Of a stretch of 64,000 bases of DNA, positions 11,751 to 22,757 are shown piece after piece. How positions within the stretch are numbered: the first letter of the stretch is position 1; each line of letters begins with the position of its first letter. The stretch is from NCBI GenBank assembly GCA_000708835.1, contig DF236958.1, positions 62,001 to 126,000 on the forward strand, given 5' to 3'. The position numbers were made by a program, and so were the translations under genes. Under the pieces are notes generated by a model. It searched no databases. It saw only the letters and a program-made list of their open reading frames with translations, and had not been told where the DNA came from. The DNA is from Klebsormidium nitens (lineage: Eukaryota > Plantae > Klebsormidiophyceae).

Positions 11751-14700
11751 ATGGCGCAAACTGATTTGGCACAGAACGACACGTCCAAAAGCAGCAGGAC
11801 ATCCATGATTCGCTCTTCCTCTCATTCAGATCTTGCAAGCGCCCCGGCTGCTGATGCCAAAACGCCTTTCCATGGGTCAAACGCAATGACTGTGCCAGGT
11901 GCTCTGAGCAGCGCTCCGGAGCTGAACTCCTTGGAAAGTCTCGCCATGTCTTGGCCACCTCCAGGGGGTTTGGTGGGGTTTCCTTCTGGACAGCAGGAGA
12001 AGGATGCAACTAGGGTGGGGTGCTTTATCCCTGATCCGGAGGGAGACGATTACGGCAGGCGGCTGAAGTCACGGATGGCAGTGCAGCGACTGGCGCCGAC
12101 AGGTGGGCTTACTTCACATGGATCTTGATTTTAGCATCTTTCATCTGGTTTCTTCTCTCTCCCGGACGAGATACTTGTCGTGTCCGCAAACATGCGCTGT
12201 AAAGCAGGAAAAACAACTTGCTGATGTTCAGTAGATATTGCTTGTCCCCTTGCATAATCAAGCCCCTCAGCAAAATTTTGGGTGGTCAAGTTGCATTGAT
12301 GATGGTCTGGTGCGCTGTGACCTGTCTTCAAACCTGCATCCTGAGTTGCATTTTTTGTTTAACAAGTAACGGGGTTACTTGAGATGTTGCATTGCAGCCG
12401 CTGAAACAGATGACTTTGACTGCCACTGCAATTGAAAAGTTCGAGGCAGCGGAGTTGGGCTCTCGAAGTCAGTCAATCAATCAGTATTCTTTGGTGCCCC
12501 TTCAACGAGGTGCAGGTGCAGGGGCTGCTTCTGATATATTGTGCTTGCTCTTTTATTTGGTTACATCAACTTTGCCTCACTTTCTAACACGCTTCAGTTT
12601 CAGTACAAGGAATCGGCAAGCAGAGCGGAGATCCTTTGAAAGCGGAATGCAAAATGCCCCTTCGGGAGCCGATTGGACCCTATCTACTCTCATATTTTCG
12701 TTTCAGCTAGATCTAATTTGGCCATTATAGTTTCCTTCAAGTTCCTCATCACAGTGCAGTCAAACGTATATCCAATGCACCTTCTAAAGAAGTGCCCCAT
12801 CTAACCACAAGTGGTGTTTTCCTCGTGCAGCTAGCCCCAAAGCTCGAGAATGCGCGTTGCTCCTGCGCAGCACCTCCACTCTTTCTGTCGTACCAAACAG
12901 CGCCCTCACTGTGGCTCCTGCTCCCCCTGGTGCCGAGTCTTCCTCCAGCGGACCAGCCGCGAAGTCTGAGCAAGAAAATGCACTTCCTCTTCACCCCGCC
13001 TCTCTTGCGATACGTGATGGCTCGAGTTCGGATCCTGAGCGGAGGATGAATGGTGCATCAGCAAGTACGAGCGGCAGTACTGGTGCAGTACTTGGGGCCA
13101 ACACTGTGAATGAGGCAAAGCCGGTCGCGGTTCTCAATGGGGGCCCCGGTTCGGCAGCAGCAGAAGTCCCCCCCTCCAGCGGAAGTGGCGTCGCAGAAGC
13201 ACAGCCGTTGGACCCTGTACATACACAAGGAGTTCCGACGTCTTTCTTTCCACCAACCAGTACGCCTCAAGGTCCCCCTCTTTATGCGTCATCACATACT
13301 GGTAGCAGCACAACCACTGAAATAAGACGCATCCCTCCTAAAGCGCCAGCAAGCCGCCCGCCGTCAAAGCCCACTGCTGATGTCAGCACTTCAGGATCTG
13401 ACCCCCCCCTCACAGCCTTCCGCGGCCCCCCTGGCTTTCCGGGCCGAGACCGCACCGCAGTTTCCGCCCCAGGCGCACTACCCCTCCCCCCAGACGAGTA
13501 TGGCGACCCCCCCCCCCAACCGAAACTTACAGAAACCCAAAGAAACTACCGACAGGATTTGATACGGGCCATTCTCACCAACACGGGTGACAGGAGCCGC
13601 CTGCACCTGAGCAGCAGTGCGAATGAGCTCCAGGAGGGGGCATCGTCGGAGGGAGATCTAGCGTCCCAGGGGGGTACGAGCGAGGGCGAATTTGGGGAGG
13701 GGGATGGGAACGACAGCGAAGGGGGGGCGGATGTGTTGCGGAGAAGCAATAGCTTGCCACAAGTGTACAGAGAGCGGTATCTGGTGCCAAATGACGAAGA
13801 ATTGGAGTATGAGCGGGAGGAAGCGGGGATTGGGAAGAACTCGCCACGTCCATCGACCGGTGGGTGCGCTCGATTTTTAGGGGATCTGGCTGCACTTTGT
13901 TAGCAAAGGCGGGTTTCTTTTCGTGGTTTTGGATGGTAGAACCTAAAGGGTTGCGATTTTTAGCACAGAAGGTCTTCAGATAGTCCCACTGACCACTTCC
14001 CAATATCCAGAAGATTCAGAAACGCTGCCGTTTCTGACAATTTTTGGATAGTCCCTCCAAACCGCATGTTCGAGTCATGCAGCTCCGCTGAGTCGTGCAT
14101 TTCCAGCCGCGAAAATTTTTAGCGGTAAAAGACGCATTTTTGTACATGGTCCCGCATAAGCAGTCACTCCCGTTTCCACCTGGACATCTCGACACCAATC
14201 CTAACAAACGATCTGCACGACCCCTGAATTCCTATCTTCTGGTTTTGCAGTATCCCGAACCCTGTCGAAGTCGAACGGCGTATCTTCAAAGGCGCTCCCC
14301 CACAAGCGGCCGCGCCTGATCCTCCACCTCGACATCAACAAAACGATCATGATCAAAGACACGGCGCAGGACGCGGGGAGCGACTCCATGGTCAACGTGC
14401 TGCTGTCGGAGTGCGCGTGGGGGCGCCTTTTGCCGGGGCCATGCTGGATCCCGGTGCGCCTAACCCCCTTTCTGACCCTTGGTTTCAGTGTCGGCATTTG
14501 CAGTGTCTAGCTTTCTCCTTGCGTAAGCGTTGGCGATGGGTTTCAAAATTAGCGGCTGGGTTGCTGATCGGGACACGTGTATTGGCAGCGCTTTTCAAAT
14601 GTTATCGAAGACGAAATCGCCTTTGAAAGAGGAGCCAGTAGTCAAAAACCAGTGAACATTATTTATCGAAGACGAAATCGCCTTTGAAAGAGGAGTCAGT

Positions 14701-17700
14701 AGTAAAAAACCAGTGAACATTATGAATCGTTTAAGCAATCGACCTAAGGCCTCAACGCGGAGATTGATTGTTCCAGCCCCATGAAGAGGAGGCAAGTCAT
14801 CCCGAGCTTGTACAGCTGTCACCTGCTTTGGTGCTGGGTCCCCTTGCTGCTTTCTGTTGGGCTTTGTACACGGACTTCAGAATGTTGCACGTTGTCTAAA
14901 ATACCGAATGAGGTCCACCATTTGGATCTAGGTACATTCACTTAGGTTGAGGACTGATCGTTGAAGCGCAAGTTGAAAGTGGCTATGCAAGCTCACAGGC
15001 AGACAACTTTGGGGCCCCTGCTGACAATGCGCTTATCTCCTAGATCAATTTCGACCGATGCCTGCCGGTTGCTTTTCAGCATCTCACTTGTTGAGCCTTA
15101 TGCACCTCTTGGGTTGTATAGCATCTTTGCTTCTTTCAGATTCGTTTCTTCGGCGTCCTCGCAACGCGGCCAAGCCACGTGGCTAAATTCTGGGTTGACG
15201 GAGCATTCTTCTGCCACGTGGCGATCTTGCCTGTTTGGGGGGAGTTAGCTTCTGATATCCGACTCCACCTTGGCTGACGTGGCGTCCTTTTCTGTGTGCG
15301 CAGGTGGGTCGTCTCGCAACAGACAAGCCGGCGAACGACCCGGAGCTGATGACGTATCGGTCGTACCTCGACACCTTCTACCTGCCGTTGCAGCGAGGGT
15401 GAGCGTTCAATCGACCTACCCTTTTGTTCCCAACTACGTAAGCCTGTAAGCCTGAGCTGATGATGCAATTAGCCGTACTTATTGCAACTGCAGTGGGTAT
15501 ATGTTTCTCACACCCTGACAGCTTCGAAGTGAGCATCCGAGACTTTGAAGCTTCGGTAGTCCCAAGGATTGATGAGTGTAAATGTTCCCACGGTTCGAAG
15601 CCCCGGTTCAGGAGGCAGCCGTCGCTTTCCAGCTTTCAGCTCCAGTCTCCACGGCACGAGAAGAGATTTGTGTTGAGTCGAAACTTTGGGAGCGTCAACT
15701 GAGATAGCATTACACTTTACGCTGGAGGCTTCGTCCACCTCATTGGAAATCCGGAAGTCCGAAACTCTCACGGCACTCTGGATTCAAGATGAGCACTACG
15801 CCGAAACCGTTTTTTGCGTCGTCTAGTTTCTTAGAGTTTGTCGTTCTCGTTCCACTTTGTCCCAGGCCGCCCAACTCTAAATTTCAAATCTCATTCTGTA
15901 GCAGCAAAGTGGCGCCGTTCACGCGGTCCGGACTTCGACCGCGAATATGAGGACATTGTGTCATCAAGACAAAAACTACGCTGAAAGAGTGTTGAACTCA
16001 TCGAAGATCCTAAGCCCTGGACCTTCCCACTTCTCGTCACACTACCCAACCACGAAGCCCTCGGACCGTGGTCTGAAGCGGTGAACTTGTTTCGCAGATT
16101 TGGTCCGGAAATCGACCGCGCAAACGAGGACATCAAGCATCGGCGGCAAGCGCTCAAGCGGTGCTTCACAGCGCCCGGGGAGCCAGGGGCTATGTTCCGG
16201 GGGGTGTACGATAAGCTTTTGGAGGAGCTGGTAAGCGGACGGGCTCTATGCTCGGTCTTTGGACATTTAGCGTAAGCAATTTTTGAAGAGAATGCGGAAG
16301 GATTGAGTGTATAAACGGAGCGACGTTGCTTTTTCGTCCCCTTATCGACCCGAAGCTTATGTGGAAGTTCTGGGCGTTTCAGCTTTTGGCGACGATGTGT
16401 CTTCGCTCAGTGTTGGGGCAATTGAAGGCGGCCCATGCGAAAGCCTTCCATCACGTTTTTCAGAAAACTTGGCCAGTTCTTCTAAAGCCATCCATCTAGG
16501 ACTGCTGTTCGGAACATGAATTCGAAGCAGCCCGGACGGTAGGTGCAAACGGTTCGAACGGGACCCCTCTCAGACCTTCCATTTGGAACTGGATTTGTGC
16601 GGCCTGTTGCGACAGGGTCTCAACAGTTCAGCCTCTCCGTATCTTGAGCCTCTGAGAAGGCTCTAGAAGCTCTTAGAGCTTGACAGCAGACCATCCGATG
16701 AGCACAAAACCTTGGCCTGGACGGATGAAAATACATAGAACCCAAGAGCAGGGGGGTGTTGCCCAGAACGGGCGACTTTCCAAAACTAAAGAGGGGAGCG
16801 TAATCCTCTTGGTTAAGCGGGGAGGTTTGCGTAACCTGCCCGTCAAACAGCTGCCTCGCAACGGGCGACTTTCCAGAACCCCTAGAGCTTCTCGCGTCCG
16901 CTTCAGCCGGGGGCTCCTCTCTCGGACCACTAGACGCGCCAGCTTTCTTGATGGGGAGTACTTAAAACGCTCCGGACCGGGGGGGTCCTTGCAGCCCCTG
17001 AGCCCTGCCCCCCAGCCTCGGCCCTTTTCCTGCCAATAACCCGGTTGTTTTTCCCGCCCGGGTCAGCAAGTGGCGGACCCCAAGCCCTGTTGCGACAGGG
17101 CCTCGAAAGTTTAGCGTCTTCTTATCTGGTCTCTGAGAAGGCTTTAGAAGCTGCAAGAGCTCAATAGCAGACCATCCGACGAGCACAAAACCTTGGCTTG
17201 AAACAAGTGAAAATCCCAAGATTTTTGACCGTTTTGGTTTTCCGTTCCGGTGCAGCAAGTGGCGGAACCGAAGCAGGCGGAGATGCGCGCGTGTGGGCTG
17301 GGCGACGGCAAGGAGCTGGTCCTGCTGCCGTCCTTCTTCGAGCTGCTGAAACATCTGAAGAACTTGGTGAGCATTCTGTGTCAACCATTAGCACCTGATC
17401 AATAAATGACGACTCATCTTCATCCAACAATCTATGAGTTTGACCTGCATCGTAGTTTTGATCGTTGGAGTATACGGACTTTCCTTTCAGACTGCTCGCT
17501 CATCTGGATTGCTTTTTGAGAGAATCCAGGATCGCTTGCATATCTTGTCACAACGAGACCTTCGGCACTTGAGACGTTGACACGGGTAGTGGATGGGTTT
17601 CGTCCTTTTGCTTGTCGGGATCATTCTTGAGCGTGTTGGCTTGCCTCTTTTTTAACGTAGTAAAAACGCAAGTTTTAGTTGTCCTGTATTTTCCGAACTG

Positions 17701-20700
17701 TACGACGTCGTGAGCGGCTATGTGAGTGACCAGTCTGGTGCGTTTGTTGCGATTTGCCTGCGGTTCGACGATAAAACGTACAGTGAGGACCCACCATTTG
17801 ACACACCATGGTGGCTTTTGCTTTTGGACTGCCCCGCAGAGCGGCGCAGATGGGCTGTACCGCATCGAAGTGGCCAGGTTAGATTCAGGGTCTTATACTG
17901 CTGCCACGCTGCTTGGTAACGTACCCTGAGAACAGTATGAACTATAGGCTATGGTCGCTGCCTTTCAATCAATCAATGAAATATACCCTTTAATTAGCCA
18001 TATCTCGAGAACATCGCCTTTGAGAATTTCTAGGAATTTCCGCCCACAACCCCCTTCAGAGGCAAGCCCCGGCGCCCCTTGGGGGCTGTCCAACATGTAT
18101 CTAGTGAACTCGCTGGAGCAGCACAGACCGAAGCCAGCATCCACAATACTCCGCACGTATACATTGAAGTGATCCCTTCTGTTATGTACCCTCTCGCCAA
18201 CGTTGGAAGTATGTTGTGGACGCCCGAGAAGGACGTCAGCGAAACGAGCGCCCTCTGCGGCAAGAATTGCGCATGTCCAATTCAAAGTTTCGGCCGTGAT
18301 AAAAGCGTTCTTCAAACGACGTCAGCGCCATTCTTTCGGACAGGGCTGCGACTGCGCAATCAAATTTTAACGTTCGGACGTAACGCCGCAAGCTGAGACT
18401 GTTTTTGCAGCAACATTTAATGTCGCTCTCCTTACACTTGCAATTGGAGCCTTTTGCCCATTCTGACTGACGTCAGCAATTATCATGCCAGGGCCGCGAC
18501 TTCGCAATCGTGTTCCGGACATTCGGGAGTGACGTCATGGACGTCAGCCGGGAGCTGAATCTGTTCTGCGAGGGGCGCCATCCGTTCCACCCGGACGTGC
18601 AAATGAACGGCCAGGATGGGCCCACGGACCTGCGGCTGAGATCGCTCGAGCAGTACGGATGCTTTTACCGGCAAGGGTTTGGCTCGGAAGGTGAGGGGAT
18701 TGTTTAAAACAGAATCATCTCTGTCAATGTTGCTGTGCCCTTCAACAGTGATCCTGTGGGCATATCGCAAGTTGAAAGTCTCCATTTTACCCCGAGTCAG
18801 GCCTATGTTGAGTTGCATGCATGGCCTGGGCTTACAGAAAGCGGGAATTGATTTTCAAAGCGAGACGACTCCGGTGAAAAGCTCAACTCACCGTTAATCG
18901 GAAACATCTAGAATAAACGTTGACCTTCTCCGCATCTGTACCCACCTTGAAGTTCCAAACACGCTCCACCAGTCGTTTCCCGGTAGTAACCTGATCTACT
19001 ATGACCGCAATTGATCTACTGTCGCTACGTATCGCTGCAGTGACCGCAGTTTATCATTGATTCGTTACGTTTTGCTGCAGGCACGATGCTGGCGTTTTCA
19101 CCTCCGGAGGAAGCGCTGCGGAAGCACATTGCGCGCCTGGACGAACTGGAGAAGTGCGGGGAGTGCCACTGGTCGTTCCGGGTAAGTGCCACTTGGCAAC
19201 GATGTGCGCCAGGTTGTCCTACTTTGCACAGAAATATGAAGGCGACTGGAACGGAGTCGATGACGAGAGACTTCGAGTCGGAGGAAGGGATACAAATCTC
19301 GTCAAGTAGAAGGGGAGACACAACCTCCGACGGTCATCTTAAACCCCGTCATCTGAACCCTTTCATTTTGAGTTTGTGACCTTGAGGTTTCGTATCAGGA
19401 GAGGGGACTAGTAGAAGGGCTTGAGGCGATAACGTCGTTGTTAACAGTTCTCTGCTTGATCAGTATAACTCGCAGAATGATTTGTGACCATGTCTGACTT
19501 ACAGGACATCTACAGGGCGATGATCGCACGGTGTTTAGAGGGAGGCAACATTGCGCTGGCGTTCAGGGACTACTATCCGGTGAGAAACCATCAGCTGACA
19601 CAATGTTGCCCACCAACTCTGCATCCGAAAAGGGCAGTGGGAAAATTGCCTGCGTGTTGCCTAGGGGGATGTTTTCATCTCACTCATTGAAATCGATCTG
19701 AGTCGACGATGGACGACAGTTCCGAGTCTATGGGACGATATCTCCGGTGCTTGTTTTGCCGGCTTCAGTCGAGTGTGCCTGAGACTCCGTTTCTGGCCGT
19801 GCATTTTTCTACCGGCTACAACGGTCTGTCAATGCAGTGGTAAAACTCGCGTGCAGATCAGCTCCTTGCAAACGCTAACCCTCAAATGATGGTTACTTAA
19901 AGACTGGTTAACCTGTGGTTGCAGTGGTGGAAGGCGCATCAAGAACGGGCACGGACGGGAAAGTTGCTTCTTGTCGACCGAGAAGATTTTCACACCCGCC
20001 AGGTGGGCGCTTTTTCCTAGTACTTCCAGTATCTGTACAAATGTACCGCCGTCGGTGTTTCTGCGCTGTGAGATCTTTCTCTTCATTCGCCTTCGTCGTG
20101 TTTTAGGCGCTAGCGCGGTGTTTCGCATCTGATGCAGAAGCAGTTTGTGGCGTTAGGCCGCTGAGCATGTTGAGCTTTCCCAAATACCGCCTCCGTGCAT
20201 TCGAGTTAGAAAAAGCTGCACAACTGCGGCAGCTGCAATGCATTCGCTGCCTGATTATTTGCCATGCTGACTCGTGCGGTCAGGTTCCTCAAGGGTGCTT
20301 CAAGCTTCGAGTCAGCAAGAATACTAAGCTTGTCGCCTTTGGCGCAAAATCCAGGGGCAAGTGGTCGACTGAGGCTAATCTTCGTGTCTCTCTTGGCCAA
20401 AAACACACGCTTCCATGTTTTCTATAGTCGGCGGCTGTGAGAGGTCAAAAGGTAGATAGTTGAGGGCGCCATACGCAAATGCTCCGAGCTCCTCTGTGGC
20501 ATCTAACGCGCCGTCTTTTCGAGCTCTTCAGGTGTTCTTCGATGACAACATCGGGACAGGGTCGCCACACATTGTGAGTCCTTCCTGCCATCCATTCTCG
20601 AAAGAGTGTGTCTTTCCTCAACTTGGCAACCACTTTAAAAAGCCAAAGGGAAAACATCTCGCATAGTCTCTGAATGATTCTACACATGCGGTCGAACTCA

Positions 20701-21472
20701 TAACAGATGATTGTCGTCAGTCGAGATGCGCCGCTCGCTTTCCCACCGATTGAAGGGTGTTTCAAAGCTGACGTCACGTGACGTTGTAGAAGTGCATGAC
20801 CTTATATAGTGTAACCCTCTGCCAGGTGGATGTTAGGGACGTCTCGACGGGGGAGCCCATTCCGTTCACGGAGTCAAACGGAAAGTATCTCGTGAAAGTG
20901 GAGCCATTGAATGCGGTGAGACCTTCCAGCGAGTCAGACATTGAGTCAATAATTTACAGACGCGTCCTTAGAATCAGCGTTATGTAGCCGAGACGACCCG
21001 GTTCCTCGTCTGCTTTCTGGCTATAAGCATGATGACCTTGCGTTCTCGCACGCTGTTACTGTTAGTGCGATGGGTCTTTGAATGGGTTGCGCTGAGACAG
21101 CGAGTTGAAGATGTCAACTTCTAGATGGAATTTTGGGCGGAAAGATGCTGTCGAAACAGAGGTTTGAACGGTGTGCTTTGAGGGTTTTCTTGTGATGGTG
21201 AGGCGCTGTTTTCTTTAAAAACTTGCTGTGCTCAAACGAGACTCTGTTCGCTGTTCTAAAAAAGCTTCCTATGCTCAAAGGAGAGTTTGTTTGTTCTGCA
21301 GATCCTGGATCGGCAGTACTTCATCCGGGCGGTTCACCGTTGCGAGGAGTCTATAGAAGGCGCACGGGACTGGCGGGGCTTCCGAAACTCCCCCCGGTTG
21401 AAGAACTCCAAATGGGACATCGCTCGGCGGAAGCTGCTGTCAATCATTCGGCTCGGGTCTGGGCAGATCTAG
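11751..21472 (+). CDS. HAD-superfamily-like protein of unknown function with a long disordered N-terminus, about 892 aa, 13 exons
   Basis: Exons 11751-12102, 12831-13859, 14251-14453, 15304-15398, 16098-16230, 17256-17366, 18492-18690, 19081-19181, 19505-19579, 19925-20002, 20532-20573, 20826-20915 and 21302-21472 all join in frame. Motifs: RLILHLDINKTIM (HAD motif I-like DxNxT), LLPSFFELL, FAIVFRTFGSD, RDYYPWW, GKLLLVD and VFFDDNI (motif IV-like DD). Confidence 0.88.
14602..14723. repeat. Intronic tandem duplication, 2 x 61 bp
   Basis: 14602-14662 and 14663-14723 differ at 2 of 61 positions. Confidence 0.95.
16603..17274. repeat. Diverged intronic direct duplication that includes a splice acceptor
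   Basis: A block of about 130 bp (cctgttgcgacaggg...gagcacaaaaccttgg...gaaaat) lies at 16603-16732 and 17086-17214. Each copy is followed by cagcaagtggcgga.cc.aagc (17064-17085 and 17253-17274). Confidence 0.9.
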
Positions 21473-22757
21473 CATGCGCCTGCGAAGGAAGCAACCTAGT
21501 GCAGACGCTCGACGACCTTATTAGTCGGCCCGTTACACTGAGGCCCTGATGCGCAATATGCAGATGGTCGGACATGAACGCGCGAAGGAAGGTTTGGCGT
21601 TGCCAACGGTCATGTTGTTCGTGATTGTACATTTCTCTCTTCTTAACTATGGCAGAACCGGTGGTTGAGGGCTGACCATGCATCACGACCTGCATAAGAG
21701 ACGCGTACAACCGACATATATTGTCGATCAGTCTCCATTCTGCAACCAGCGGCCTTATACAATATTCAAGTGGCATTTAACACACGGCGTCTAGTGATGA
21801 ACCGTGCATGATTGATTTATATAGACGGTGCTTTTGGCATACTATACAAAAAATACAATATCTGAACGATCGATTGTGATTGAACGTGGTTTAATGTCGA
21901 CATGCAATTGAGAGATAAATGTGTGTCGCGGATCTTGCAATCATTGTCCTGCCGGGCGTGATTCATTTTGGTTACTAGCTAAGTCTGCGCACGGGAGCTA
22001 GCAGCTGCGGCACTGATGCATTGCAATACTACTGCATAGGGTACATGTGAAAGGAAATGCTGCGAGATACACTGACAAGTTGGAGCAGATGCCAAACTCA
22101 CAGAAGAACTTGTCACACCCCGGAGCAGTGGATAGGGCGGTAAGAAGCACTTCATAAGTCGCCCCAGAAATTGGCTTGGCTCTCGGACGCAATTTGGATC
22201 AATGGTTTCGCAAAAATGCAACCGGCTGCATGGGATTCCTCCTCTATGGTGGTGAGCAAAAACTGCTTCCCAAAAGCTTAGCTGCTCGTTCTGCTGAACA
22301 GAGTAAGCTAATCGCTTGACCATGTGCGTAAAAGCTTCAATCTTTTGAACGTCACGCAATTGCGCGAGTGCTTCTTAGAGACGAGGCCACTGTCCCACAC
22401 ACTGCACGTTTTGGCCCCTTATTAACCGACCGTAGCCTCTTAGCTTCTGTAGCTCTGAACAACAAACATTCGAAATCATTTGTAATCCTAAGCTCCAGGC
22501 AGTTGTCCACTGAAAACGTGCGTCTCTACCCGTGTGCGAAACGCGGCAGTCCAAACGGGGAAACCACCGAGCCTTTACTGCAACAGATTTTTGCCGTCTT
22601 AAGCTTCCCGCACTGTGTCAGCAATTCAACCTATAAAAGCCTATTCACAAGTTGGATGCGCTGAACTCTGACGCGCAGTCAGAGTCGGCTTCTTGGTGCG
22701 CTGCGAGTTCACGCACAAGCCTAGGCACAGAATGGCGTCAAAAAAGCCCACGCGCGC

